A stretch of DNA of 60,911 nt, filler included, from 9 parts of 9 records of this genome joined end to end with filler, not necessarily neighbours in it; one strand, 5' to 3'; numbered from the whole stretch's first letter, positions 48,054 through 58,690 are shown. The notes: a model not told the origin generated them from the sequence alone. Made by a program: numbers and translations.

Positions 48054-49322
48054 CTAATCCGCCTTTGCACGGAGAAAAGTGGGATAATCCAGGCCTTCCT
48101 TAAGACGGAATTTATCAAAAAAACTTTTTTTCTTTTTTTTCTCAAATTTTTCTTCAAGGGAATTATCGGGGTTTGATCCCATTCTAGCAAAGGTTGGTGT
48201 GTCCAGACATACACCATCTTTTTTCACGGTCCATTCGTCTTCAATGTCCTCAATGGTGACATCTCTCAAATTGACCACATTATCATAGTCCTGAATGGAT
48301 TTCTTATGAACTTCGCTGTTCAGTTCCACCACGCGACCACGGGCCTTTGTCTCCTCCAGACCATCTATTCCGGTGGCGACCACGGTGACCTGAATTTCAT
48401 CTCCCATGTTGTCATCATAAACGAGACCCCAGAATACCTCTGCTTCCTTTGCTTCTTCCTTGATATAACTGGAGGCTTCATCCACTTCTTCCATGGTCAT
48501 ATCGGAAGGGCCGGTCAGGTTCATCAAAAGGCCTTTTGCACCCTCAATGGAAATATCCTCCAGGAGTGGACTGTTAATGGCCTGTTGGGCCGCATCAACG
48601 GCCCGTTTTTCTCCTGATGCTCTGCCCATGCCCATGATGGCCGTTCCATTCCTCGACATCACCTTTCTCACATCGGCAAAATCAAGGTTGATGAAGCCGC
48701 TGCTCATGATCAGATCCGAGATCCCTTTGACGGCCTGAAGCAGGACATCGTCCGCTTTGGCGATCAGTTCCTTAAAAGATGTCGTTTTTTCTCCAATGGT
48801 TTTGAGCCGTTCGTTGGGGATGACAATAATGCTGTCAACTTCGTTTTTGAGTTGTTCAATGCCCTTAAGCGCCTGTTTCATCCGTTTTTCACCTTCGAAC
48901 TTGAAGGGTTTGGTGACGACCGCCACGGTAAGGGCATCGTTTTCCTTACTTTCCCGGGCTGCCACGGGGGAGGCCCCGGTTCCCGTTCCGCCGCCCATTC
49001 CAGCCGTTATAAAGACCATGTCGGATTGATCCAGTGCTTCCCGGAGCTCATGAAGACTCTCCTCGGCGGAGGATCTGCCGATTTCCGGGTCCGCCCCGGC
49101 ACCAAGGCCCATGGTGATTTCAGGTCCCAGCTGAATTTTCCGGGTGCAGGATGATCGATCAAGATCCTGGCAATCCGTATTGGCCACAACAAATTCAACG
49201 CCCCGTAGGTCAGAATTAATCATGTTGTTGATGGCATTTCCGCCGGCGCCGCCGATACCGAGAACTTTGATTCTGGCATGGTAGGCTCCCTTTTCCACTT
49301 CATCGACAAATTCGAATTTCAT
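48054..49322 (-). CDS. ftsZ: Cell division protein FtsZ
   Basis: GMGGGTGTG, INLDFADV, C-terminal LDYPTFLR. Confidence 0.98.
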   Translation of the reverse strand: MKFEFVDEVEKGAYHARIKVLGIGGAGGNAINNMINSDLRGVEFVVANTDCQDLDRSSCTRKIQLGPEITMGLGAGADPEIGRSSAEESLHELREALDQSDMVFITAGMGGGTGTGASPVAARESKENDALTVAVVTKPFKFEGEKRMKQALKGIEQLKNEVDSIIVIPNERLKTIGEKTTSFKELIAKADDVLLQAVKGISDLIMSSGFINLDFADVRKVMSRNGTAIMGMGRASGEKRAVDAAQQAINSPLLEDISIEGAKGLLMNLTGPSDMTMEEVDEASSYIKEEAKEAEVFWGLVYDDNMGDEIQVTVVATGIDGLEETKARGRVVELNSEVHKKSIQDYDNVVNLRDVTIEDIEDEWTVKKDGVCLDTPTFARMGSNPDNSLEEKFEKKKKKSFFDKFRLKEGLDYPTFLRAKAD

Positions 49323-49346
49323 TGTTCCCTCCTTTTTTCTTAAAAG

Positions 49347-49832
49347 TTAAACAATATCTTTAAACCATCTTTTCATCCTGGCTATAACCGTATGGAAAAT
49401 ATTTGAATCCCGAATTCTGAACTTCTTTTTCTGCTTATAGGTTTTGGCGCCGTACAGGACAAGCCCCACGGCTGTGGCATACATGGGTTTGTTAATCAGA
49501 TCCACAAGGCCGTCGACTTCCTGAGGATACCCCACGCGGGCCGGGGCGTTGAATATCTGTTCGGCCATTTCACTGATGCCCGGGAGTTCGGCGGAGCCCC
49601 CTGTCACCACCACCCCCGAACTGGCAAGCTCATCGTATCCCGAATGGACCAACTCCTGATAAATCAGAGTGAATATCTCCTCAACTCTCGGTTCCAGGAT
49701 CTCCCCCAGGATTTGTCTGGAGAGTGTCCTTGGCTTTCTGCCGCCGACCCCCGGGACTTCAATGGTTTCATCCTTGCCGATCATGGATGAAAGGGCGCTC
49801 CCGTATTTGATTTTTATCTTTTCCGCTTCCAG
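49347..49832 (-). CDS. ftsA: Cell division protein FtsA, 5'-truncated
   Basis: AEKIKIKYG, EPRVEEIF, GVVVTGGSA, YATAVGLVLYG, C-terminal KRWF helix; upstream of ftsZ. Confidence 0.95.
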   Translation of the reverse strand: MEAEKIKIKYGSALSSMIGKDETIEVPGVGGRKPRTLSRQILGEILEPRVEEIFTLIYQELVHSGYDELASSGVVVTGGSAELPGISEMAEQIFNAPARVGYPQEVDGLVDLINKPMYATAVGLVLYGAKTYKQKKKFRIRDSNIFHTVIARMKRWFKDIV

Positions 49833-49932
49833 NNNNNNNNNNNNNNNNNNNNNNNNNNNNNNNNNNNNNNNNNNNNTTAATTAATTAANNNNNNNNNNNN
49901 NNNNNNNNNNNNNNNNNNNNNNNNNNNNNNNN
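49833..49932. other. Artificial contig spacer
   Basis: N44-TTAATTAATTAA-N44. Confidence 0.99.
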
Positions 49933-51501
49933 CGCAAGATCTCCCTGGCCACGGGAACATTCACGACCCTCCTCCTCATCCTGATCGGAACCCTTGTGTT
50001 CCAGCAGTGGTTCAGCGCCATGCGCAAGCAGATGGAGCTCTCCGCCCGGGACCAGGCCCTGACCATCGCCGACATGGAAGGGGTGCAGAGGGACCTGACC
50101 CGTACCAACGGCAGTATCTCGATCCAGCGGAAGATGGAGAGCCTGCGCCTGTCCACCAGGAGCCAGTACATTTACGTGCTCAATCGGGAGGGGCGCTTCT
50201 ACTCCCACAACTATCCCGCCCTTCTGGGCACCCTTACGGAGGATGAGCTTCTCCTCTCCCTGCTGGATTCCCCCCGGGTGGTGGTCCGGGAGACGGGGAA
50301 CGCCAGCTTTCCGGCGGTGGAGGGGATCGCTCCTGTCTTTTTCCAGGGAGAGGCGGTGGGACTGGTCGTGGCCGGTCTCCTCAACGGCCGGGTCTATCAG
50401 GAGATCAGCCTGAATATACAGATCTTCATCTTCTTTCTGATCGTCGCCCTGTTTATCAGCCTCTACTCCTCCACCTTCCTCTCCCACAGCATCAAGAAGT
50501 CCATGTCCGGTCTGGAGCCCCGGGAGATCTCCCGGCTTCTGGGGCAGAGGGCCATGACCCTGGAGAACCTCCGGGAGGGGATCATCACGGTGGATCAGGA
50601 CGGGAAGATCATCTACTTCAATGCCTCCGCCGCCTCTCTGGCCGGTCTGAAATCCGCCGACCTGGAACAGCCTGTCGACCTGTACGGTTTCGGCAAGGGT
50701 TTCCGCGTCTGCCTGGAGAACGGCATAGCGGTACAGCATGAGCTGTTTTCCAGGATGGGAGACGCCCTGCAGTACCGCTTCGAACCCATTCCGGATGAGG
50801 GGAGCGGTCAGATCCTGGGGGCCACGGCCATTCTGGAGGATCTGACGACCGTCCGGGTCAGGGCGGAGGAGCTGACGGGGATCAGGCAGATCAACGAAGG
50901 CCTCAGGGCGCAGAATCATGAGTTCCTGAACAAGCTCCACACCATCGCCGGCCTGATCGAGCTGGAGGAGTATGACGAGGCGGTCGGCTATATCAGCGAG
51001 ATCAGCCACAGCCGGAGCGAGATCACGGGGCAGCTCAACAGCCTGATCCGCGAGCCCTCCACGGCGGGGCTCCTTCTGGGGAAATTCAACAAGGCCCAGG
51101 AACAGAAGATCCTGTTCTGCCTGGATGAGGACAGTTCCCTTCCCGTGGGCTGTCTCCATAAAAATACGGTTCATCTCGTTCTGGGGAATCTGATAGAGAA
51201 CAGCCTCGAGGAGCTGGCCGGCCGGGCGGACGGGAGGATCGACGTGACCGTCCGCAGGGAGAGCGGAAGGCTTTTTCTGGAGGTCCGGGACAACGGCCGG
51301 GGGATGGATGACCAGGAACGCTGTTTTGAAAAGGGATTCAGCACCAAGGGAGACGACCGGGGACTGGGGCTCTATATGGTGGCCCGAAGGGTCAGGCTGA
51401 AGGGGGGAGACCTGCGGGTGGTCTCCGTCCCCGGCGAGTGCCGGATCACCGTCACCCTTCCCCTGGACGCGGATGATCCCGATATGAGAGCGAGGAGATA
51501 A
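49933..51501 (+). CDS. CitA/DcuS family sensor histidine kinase, 5'-truncated
   Basis: GLEPREI, LRAQNHEFLNKLHTIAGL, GNLIEN, GFSTKG..RGLGL; frame open from the contig edge (RKISLATG...TM1). Confidence 0.92.
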   Translation, partial: RKISLATGTFTTLLLILIGTLVFQQWFSAMRKQMELSARDQALTIADMEGVQRDLTRTNGSISIQRKMESLRLSTRSQYIYVLNREGRFYSHNYPALLGTLTEDELLLSLLDSPRVVVRETGNASFPAVEGIAPVFFQGEAVGLVVAGLLNGRVYQEISLNIQIFIFFLIVALFISLYSSTFLSHSIKKSMSGLEPREISRLLGQRAMTLENLREGIITVDQDGKIIYFNASAASLAGLKSADLEQPVDLYGFGKGFRVCLENGIAVQHELFSRMGDALQYRFEPIPDEGSGQILGATAILEDLTTVRVRAEELTGIRQINEGLRAQNHEFLNKLHTIAGLIELEEYDEAVGYISEISHSRSEITGQLNSLIREPSTAGLLLGKFNKAQEQKILFCLDEDSSLPVGCLHKNTVHLVLGNLIENSLEELAGRADGRIDVTVRRESGRLFLEVRDNGRGMDDQERCFEKGFSTKGDDRGLGLYMVARRVRLKGGDLRVVSVPGECRITVTLPLDADDPDMRARR

Positions 51502-51504
51502 GCA

Positions 51505-52188
51505 ATGAACGTTCTGATCGTAGAAGACGACCCCATGGTGGGAGATATCAACAGCCGCTTCGCATCCCGGCTTCCCTTTGTGGAGAAGGTCACTGTGGCG
51601 GACAGCCTGGAGAAGGCCCGGGAGCTTCTGGAGGCCGAGCCCTTCGACCTGATGCTGCTGGATGTCTATTTTCCCACCGGCCGGGGACCCGATCTCCTCC
51701 AGTGGGTCCGCAGCCGTGAGATCCCGATTGACGTGATCTTCATCACCGCCGACAAGAGTCCCCCCACCGTGGAACGGGCCCTCCATCTGGGGGCGGCCGA
51801 CTATCTGGTGAAGCCCTTTACCTTCGCCCGGTTCAAACAGGCGGTGGAGGACGTCCGCGAGAGAATGGGCGGGGTGGACCGCCGGCAGGACTTCGATCAG
51901 GAGGCCCTGGACCAGGTCTTCAAAAAGGGCGGGAACACGGAACGGCCCCTTCCCGAAGAGCTGGACAAGGGGATGAGTTATAAAACCTATGAGCTGGTGA
52001 GAAAAGAGGTCCTGGGCGAGTCGGAGCCCTTTACGGCCGAGCAGATGGGAGAGCGCCTGGGCATCGCCCGGGTAACCATCCGCCGGTATCTGGATTTTAT
52101 GGAGAAACAGGAGCTTCTGGAGGTGGAGCTTCGTTACGGCAAGATAGGCCGGCCCCAGCACTACTACCGGGTCAGAGGAGCCGAATGA
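51505..52188 (+). CDS. CitB/DcuR family response regulator
   Basis: IVEDDPMV, LLDVYFP, DYLVKPF, GIARVTIRRYL, YGKIGRP. Confidence 0.93.
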   Translation: MNVLIVEDDPMVGDINSRFASRLPFVEKVTVADSLEKARELLEAEPFDLMLLDVYFPTGRGPDLLQWVRSREIPIDVIFITADKSPPTVERALHLGAADYLVKPFTFARFKQAVEDVRERMGGVDRRQDFDQEALDQVFKKGGNTERPLPEELDKGMSYKTYELVRKEVLGESEPFTAEQMGERLGIARVTIRRYLDFMEKQELLEVELRYGKIGRPQHYYRVRGAE

Positions 52189-53576
52189 AGGCTCTCAGCG
52201 TCCTTTTCCTCATAACCCTGCTGATCTTCGGCGGGGTGACCGTCTCCTTCTATCTGCCCGAAGAGGTGGATGTGGTTGTCATAGGAGCCGGTGCGGCGGG
52301 GATGTCGGCGGCCCTGGCCTGTCATGAGGAGACCGGCTCCCTTGTGGTCCTCGAGAAGATGCCCTATGCGGGGGGGAACAGCAGCAGGGCGTCTGCGGGG
52401 TTCAATGCCGCCGTCTCTATGGAGGATGTGGACCCCTATATCTCGGATACCAGCGAGGCCGGCCGCTATACGGGCGATCCCGAGCTGATCCGCACCATGG
52501 TGGAGGGCAGCTGGGCCGTCCTGAGCGGTCTGAAGAACCTGGGGGCCGATCTGTCTGATCAGGGCCTTCTCGCGGGGCACAGCGAAAGCCGGACCTTCCG
52601 TCCCTCCGGGGGAAAGCCCGTGGGTCTGGAGGTGAGCGGCGTTCTCTTTCGCGAGCTGGAGCGGCAGGGCATCGATCTGAGAACGGAGAACCGGGCCCTG
52701 AGCATATCGCAGGAGAGGAAGGGCCTGCTGGTCCGTGTGGAGAACCGGACGGGACGGGTGTACAGCATTAAGGCGGATGCCGTGATCATCGCCACCGGCG
52801 GCTTCGGGGGAAGCCCCGAGATGGTCGCCCGGGCCAACCCCTCCCTCAAAGGCTTCCTTACCACAAACGCAGCCAGCGCTTCAGGGGACTTCGTCGCCCT
52901 GACCGAGGATCTGCCGACTGTATTGATCAATATGGGAGACATCCAGATCCATCCCACCGTGGAGCCGGACTTCGGGATACTGATCACCGAGGCCCTGCGG
53001 GGAAACGGAGGCATCCTCCTCAACAAAGCGGGGCGGCGCTTCACCGATGAGATGAGGTTCCGGGAGCCCCTGAGCCGGAGCATCCTGAGTCAGGAAGGGG
53101 GAGAGGCCTGGCTGGTCTTCGACCGGGGGATACGGGAAAGCCTCCTGGCCGTGGAGTACTACTTCGACCTGGAGCTGGTCCGCCGGGGGGACTCTTCCGA
53201 CGCGCTTGCCGAGGAGCTCGGGATGCCTCCCGCAGGGCTTCGGGAGGCGTTGGAGAACTGGAACAAGGCCATCGCTCAGGGACGGGACGGCGCCTTCGGG
53301 CGGAAGGACCTGAACCGCAGCCCCTTTTCCCCTCCCTTTTATGCGATAAAGGTTCGGCCGGGGATCCACTACTGCATGGGCGGTCTGCATATCGACAGAA
53401 GGGCCCGGGTGCTGGATATGGACGGGAAACCCATTCCCGGACTCTATGCGGCGGGAGAGGCCACCGGGGGGATCCACGGCAGCGACCGTCTGGGGGGGAA
53501 CTCTCTGACCGACGCTATGGTCTTCGGGCAGATCGCCGGCCGTGAGGCGGCGGGGCTGACAAAAAAACGCCCCTGA
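52185..53576 (+). CDS. Flavocytochrome c-type FAD oxidoreductase (fumarate reductase-like, no heme domain)
   Basis: N-terminal hydrophobic anchor; GAGAAG, IQIHPT, TEALRGNG, IHYCMGG, GSDRLGGNSL; no CxxCH. Confidence 0.88.
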   Translation: MKALSVLFLITLLIFGGVTVSFYLPEEVDVVVIGAGAAGMSAALACHEETGSLVVLEKMPYAGGNSSRASAGFNAAVSMEDVDPYISDTSEAGRYTGDPELIRTMVEGSWAVLSGLKNLGADLSDQGLLAGHSESRTFRPSGGKPVGLEVSGVLFRELERQGIDLRTENRALSISQERKGLLVRVENRTGRVYSIKADAVIIATGGFGGSPEMVARANPSLKGFLTTNAASASGDFVALTEDLPTVLINMGDIQIHPTVEPDFGILITEALRGNGGILLNKAGRRFTDEMRFREPLSRSILSQEGGEAWLVFDRGIRESLLAVEYYFDLELVRRGDSSDALAEELGMPPAGLREALENWNKAIAQGRDGAFGRKDLNRSPFSPPFYAIKVRPGIHYCMGGLHIDRRARVLDMDGKPIPGLYAAGEATGGIHGSDRLGGNSLTDAMVFGQIAGREAAGLTKKRP

Positions 53577-53641
53577 GAAAGGGGCCGGTAATTACGGTCT
53601 TTTAGGTCTCGCTTTATTCCCGATCAAGTCCTTTTTTCCTG

Positions 53642-53670
53642 TTCCAAAGAGGGGCCGAAATTCCTATAAT
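53642..53670 (+). promoter_or_regulatory. Sigma70 promoter, probably for a leaderless U32 transcript
   Basis: TTCCAA-17-TATAAT (53665-53670); ATG 7 nt downstream with no SD. Confidence 0.55.
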
Positions 53671-53677
53671 GTTCGGC

Positions 53678-55419
53678 ATGCAAAGACAATGGAACAACAG
53701 GTCCCTGGAGCTTCTGGCTCCCGCCGGGACATTCGATATCTTCAGACAGATCTGCGATTCCTCCTGCGACGCCGTCTACTGCGGCGGGCGGCACCTCAAT
53801 ATGAGGATGATCCGCAAGGGCTATAACCTCAGCAACCGGGAGCTGAAGGACGCCGTGGAGCTGGCCAGGGAGAAGGGGAAGAAAACCTATATCACCGTGA
53901 ACAGCCTTCTGGATCCGGCCGAAATGAACCAGGCCGATGAGTATCTGGATGCCCTGCGGGAGATCTCTCCCGACGCTCTGATCGTACAGGATACGGCCGT
54001 CGTCGCCATGGCGAGGGAAAAGGGCTTGGCCATACCCCTTCACGCCTCGGTGATGATGAACGTCCACAACCTGGATATGATCCGCCGCTTCGAGGGCTGG
54101 GGGATCAGCCGGGTGGTCCTCTCCCGGGAGATGAGCCTGGATCAGGTCCGGAATCTGTCTGGTCATACAAACATGGAGCTGGAGTACTTTACCCACGGGG
54201 ACATGTGCGCCGTTCACGGCTCCCAGTGTCTCTACAGCTCCTATCTCTTCGGCATGTCCAGCAACCGCGGACGCTGTCTCAAGCCCTGCCGCTGGCCCAT
54301 CTCCGGAGCCTCCGAGCCCTTCCCCCTGGCGGTGAAGGACCTCAGCCTCTACGCCCATCTCTCCGATATGATCCTGGCGGGGATCAGTTCCTTCAAGATC
54401 GAGGGCAGGATGAGGACCGCCGACTTTATCGTTCCCCTGATCAACCGTTACGGCGAGGCCCTGGACCGCTTCCTGGACGATCCGGTCGCCCATGCCCATG
54501 GGGATATGGAACAGATGGAGCCCTTCAGGAAGAGGGATTTCTCCACGGCCTATGCCTTCGGGAAGCCGGGTACGACCAACATCAACCGCCGGGGGGAGGG
54601 GAGCGGCAAGTTCTACTCCACCGGGAAGATGTTCAGCACCCCCGCCAGGGAGCCCAGGATCGATCCGGATGAGACGCCTGCCGCAGCCGCTGCGGGGGCC
54701 GTCCTCTCTGATAACGGGCGGAGCACCGGTCTTCCCCTGACCTTCAGCGTAAAGGTCGGCAGTACCGAACAGGCCCGGCGGGCCCTGGACTTCGGCCCCG
54801 CCCGCATCTATCTCTCCGCAGAGCCCTTCGCACCCCTGACTCCCGCCGTCCGGCAGGAGATCGCCGGGCTTGGCCGGGCCTGCCATGAAAAGGGCGCGGA
54901 GCTCTTTCTGGCCCTTCCCCGGATGACGGATGAGGGACAGCGAGAGCTCTTCGAGGCCCTCTTCGCCTCCCATCCCGATCTGAAAGAGAATCTGGACGGC
55001 CTACTGATCGGCCACGCGGGACAGCTCGAATGGGACGCCGCTTCGGGAATGAGGATCCACTGTGACAGCAGTATGAACCTTTACAACCCGCGGGCCGCCG
55101 CCTTTATGGCGGAGCAGGGGGCCTCCGGATGGACGCCCTCCCTGGAGCTGCCCTTCGACTCCCTGTTGAAACTTCCGGCCGGACTGAAAGCCGAAAGGGC
55201 TGAGGCTATGGCGGCCGAGCCCCTTCTGCACGGCGTTCCCACCCTGATGTATATGGATCACGATGTGAGCGGAACCGCCGCCGACGAGATCGTTCTGGAT
55301 ACGGGAGAGAGCGCCTTGAGGATTCGAAAGGATATCTGGGAGCGCTATCATCTGCTGCCCGAGACGGAGTACAGCCTCCTCCCCCGTCTGGAGGAGCTTG
55401 TCGCGGCAGGCTACCGCAG
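53678..55419 (+). CDS. Peptidase U32 family protein (RlhA/TrhP-like Fe-S hydroxylation protein), 3'-truncated
   Basis: ELLAPAG, HASVMMN, VVLSRE, HGDMC..QC..SSNRGRCLKPCR, FKIEGRMR. Confidence 0.9.
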
Positions 55420-55519
55420 NNNNNNNNNNNNNNNNNNNNNNNNNNNNNNNNNNNNNNNNNNNNTTAATTAATTAANNNNNNNNNNNNNNNNNNNNNNNNN
55501 NNNNNNNNNNNNNNNNNNN
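55420..55519. other. Artificial contig spacer
   Basis: N44-TTAATTAATTAA-N44. Confidence 0.99.
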
Positions 55520-57130
55520 CCTGACCTTGCGGTCGAGGAACGAGAGCATGAGATCCGCGATGAGATCGCCGTCCTCTTCGAGGGCGAAGTGGCCGGTGTC
55601 CAGGATATGGAACCCCAGATCCTGGAGGTCACGCTGGTAGGGATAGGCGCCCTCGGCCGGGAAGATGGGATCGTTCTTGCCCCAGACGATCAGGGTCGGC
55701 GGCTGGTGCTGGCGGAAGTAGCGTTGCCACGTGGGGTAGCGCGATGGATTGCTGCCGTAATCGTAGAACAGAGCCAATTGGATCTCGCTGTTGCCCGGAC
55801 GGTCGAGCAGGGGCTGGACGTGTTCCCAGTTCTCCGGGCTGATGGCTTCGGGGTTGCGCACGCCCGTGAGGTATTGCCACTTGGTGGCCTCCAAGGTCAG
55901 CAGGCCGCGCAGGGGCTCGGCGTTCTCGGCCGTCCGTCGTTTCCAGTACGTCTTGATGGGGTCCCAAAACTCGCGCAGGCCTTCATCGTAGGCGTTGCCG
56001 TTCTGCACGACGATGGACTGTACGCGTTCGGGATGCTTGGTGGCCAGGCGAAAGCCCACCGGGGCGCCGTAGTCCATGACATAGAGACTGTAGCGGCTGA
56101 TATTCAGACGCTCGGTGAATTGATCGACGATTTCCGCCAGGCGATCGAAGGTGTAGTCGAACTCATCGACCGTGGGCATGGAACTGCCGCCAAAGCCCGG
56201 GTAGTCGGGCGCCACCACATGATACCGTCCGGCCAGTCTGGGGATGAGGTTGCGGAACATGTGCGACGAGGTGGGAAAGCCGTGCAGCAGCAGGACCGTG
56301 GGATGGCTGCGCTGCCCGGCCTCGCGGTAGAAAATGTCCAGACCGTCAATGTGGAGGGTGCGGTGCTGCACCCGGGTCGCTGGGACCGCCTGCCGCACGC
56401 GCCTGAAGGCCTCGTCAGTGGACCACACGGTGTTGGCGATGAAGCGGAAATTGGTCAGGGCCGAGGCATAGCCATCACCGTCCGGGACCACCGCCGCGGC
56501 GGTGGCGTCACTGACCACAGCCACTTCGAAGCCCTGTTCGATCAGTTCGCGCATGTGCGACTCGGTACAGAGATTGGCGGACATGCCGGCCAGGATCACC
56601 TTGTCGATTCGGCGCTTGCGCAACTGGAGGACGAGGTCGTTGGTCTCGGGGCCGTACACTTTGTGCGGATTGACGACGACGGTGTCACCGTCTTCGATGT
56701 ACTTCTTGTAGCGCTGCAACCAGTCAGCGCCCGAGCCCTCGAACTGCTCCAGACTCAGCGCGCCTTTGCGATCGAACATGCCGATGCTGTGCATGAGTTT
56801 CTCCAGAGCCCCTTCGAACTGCCAGCCGTGATCGGTCGGGTAGTAGTAGTGGGGGGACACGAAGACCGGCAGGCCGGCTTTCTTGGCGATGGCGAACAGG
56901 CGATCGATATTCTCCACGGTGTTGTTGGCCTGCACGCTCTTGCCCACGACGCCCCAGGTGACGCCCTCAGGACTGAGAAAATCGTTCTGGGGATCGGTCA
57001 CCAGCAGGGCGGTCCGGGCCGGATCGATGGTCATGCCCGGATCGGGCAATTGGGCGGGCGTGTTGCCAGCAATCACGGCAACAACGAATGCCACTGTAAT
57101 CAGGGTCCATTGCTTGGCGTTCGTCTTCAT
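55520..57130 (-). CDS. Signal peptide + isochorismatase-family cysteine hydrolase fused to alpha/beta hydrolase; stop not reached
   Basis: [22 protein letters not shown] (D-K-C triad); then LLHGFP, MDYGAP, GHFALE. Confidence 0.88.
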
Positions 57131-57188
57131 GATGGTGCTCCTTTCGCATGACTGCGTTTGATGGGGTCAATTGACGTTCAGCTTGTTT

Positions 57189-58067
57189 CTAGGCCGAGGT
57201 GGCTACTGTGGAGGGTTTCTTCGATTCCCACACGCCGTCTGCGGCCGCAACTCGAGCGAAGTCTGAGAAGTCGCGCGGGGCACGCCCCAGTGCGCGTTGG
57301 ACGCCGTCGGCCACAAACGCATTGCGGCCGTCGAGCACTTCGCCGAACAGGTACTTCAGCAGCCACACGGCCTCGGCCGGAGTTTGCTGCGCGGCTAGCC
57401 CGGCATCGAATTCGTCGGGCGTGATCTTCTGGTAGGCGACGGGGAGGCCGGAGGCCGTGGCGATCTCGGCGACGGCTTCGGCAAAGGTCCACAGGCGGGG
57501 GCCCGTGACCTCGTACAGTTCGCCCGCGTGGCCCGGCTCAGTCAGTGCCGCGACGGCCACGTCGGCAATATCATCGGCGTCGATAAACGGTTCGGCGACA
57601 TTCCCGACCGGTAACGCAATGACGCCGCTGAGGACGAGATCCAGGAATGCGCCCTCGCTGAAGTTCTGGTTGAACCAACTGGCGCGAACGATGGTCCACT
57701 CGGCGCCGCAGTTCTGCACGATGCGTTCACAGCGCTGGGCTTGTTCTTCGCCGCGGCCCGAGAGCAGGACCAACTTACCGACGCCACAGCGCACGGCCAG
57801 TTCCGTGAATTGCTGGATCGCGTCCGGGGCGGCCGGAACCGCCAGGTCGGGCGTGTACACGACATAGGCGGCGGTGACGCCTTGCAGCGCCTGTGTCCAC
57901 GTGGTCGGATCATCCCAGTCGAACGGAATCGCGGCCGAGCGCGATCCCCGCCGGACGGCCACGCCGCGCTGTTCGAGTCGATCGGCCACGCGCTTGCCGG
58001 TCTTGCCACCGGCCGCGAGGACGAGGATCAGTTCATTGGTTGTTTGGTTGTTCGATGGTGTCTTCAT
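57189..58067 (-). CDS. NmrA-like NAD(P)-binding protein
   Basis: GKTGKRV, FDWDD, LLSGRGE, WFNQNFSEG, DADDIADV. Confidence 0.88.
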   Translation of the reverse strand: MKTPSNNQTTNELILVLAAGGKTGKRVADRLEQRGVAVRRGSRSAAIPFDWDDPTTWTQALQGVTAAYVVYTPDLAVPAAPDAIQQFTELAVRCGVGKLVLLSGRGEEQAQRCERIVQNCGAEWTIVRASWFNQNFSEGAFLDLVLSGVIALPVGNVAEPFIDADDIADVAVAALTEPGHAGELYEVTGPRLWTFAEAVAEIATASGLPVAYQKITPDEFDAGLAAQQTPAEAVWLLKYLFGEVLDGRNAFVADGVQRALGRAPRDFSDFARVAAADGVWESKKPSTVATSA

Positions 58068-58080
58068 GGGGGTTGCTCCT

Positions 58081-58626
58081 CTAGGCCAGGGCCAGGGTTT
58101 TCGCTTTGGGAAAGTCGATCGGTATTGCGGCAGTGAGGTTGAAGTAGTTGGTGAAGATGGCGTGTGCGGTCACGCCCACGAGTTCGGCGATCTGCCCATC
58201 GTCGAAACCGGCTTCTCGCACCTGCTCCACGTCAGACGCGCTGACTTGGCCGTGCTTGTCCACCAGGGCGCTTGCGAAGGCCAAGGCCGCCCGCGTCGCT
58301 TCGTCGGCGGATTCGCCCCGCCGATTGTCGAAGATTTCCTCTTCGGCCAGCCCGAGCATCCGACCGATAGCCGAGTGCGCCGCCAGGCAGTACTGACAGC
58401 CGTTGCGCTGCGAAACCGCCAGAGCGACTTGCTCGCGCAGCCGCGCGGAGATGCGACTGCCGGCCAAGGCCTCGTTCATCTCCAGAAAGGCCGCCAGCAC
58501 CGCCGGGGCATTGGCCATCCCTTTGAACATGTTGGGCAGGCGACCGAGTTTGTTCTGGATGGCTTCGAGCCGTGCCCGTGTTTCCGGGTCCGCCTGTTGC
58601 GGTTCGATTAAGCGAAACTGTGACAT
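58081..58626 (-). CDS. Carboxymuconolactone decarboxylase/AhpD-like peroxidase-related protein
   Basis: REQVALAVSQRNGCQYCLAAH (CxxC), NYFN, IDFP; AAGGAG RBS before ATG 58626. Confidence 0.9.
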   Translation of the reverse strand: MSQFRLIEPQQADPETRARLEAIQNKLGRLPNMFKGMANAPAVLAAFLEMNEALAGSRISARLREQVALAVSQRNGCQYCLAAHSAIGRMLGLAEEEIFDNRRGESADEATRAALAFASALVDKHGQVSASDVEQVREAGFDDGQIAELVGVTAHAIFTNYFNLTAAIPIDFPKAKTLALA

Positions 58627-58674
58627 GGTCAACTCCTTTTCAAGGAAGCTCGTTTTCATGGATGTCCCTCGCTA

Positions 58675-58690
58675 TGCAAGAGCCGTGCCA
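58675..58690 (-). promoter_or_regulatory. Sigma54 promoter of the CMD-NmrA-hydrolase operon
   Basis: Minus strand TGGCAC-GGCTC-TTGCA, a perfect consensus. Confidence 0.9.

Noticed and set aside
49885-52161. 758-aa minus-strand ORF
   Set aside because: Antisense shadow of the kinase and regulator genes in GC-rich DNA; no motifs.
53624-54973. 449-aa minus-strand ORF
   Set aside because: Antisense shadow of the U32 gene.
55589-57151. 520-aa plus-strand ORF
   Set aside because: Antisense shadow of the hydrolase fusion.
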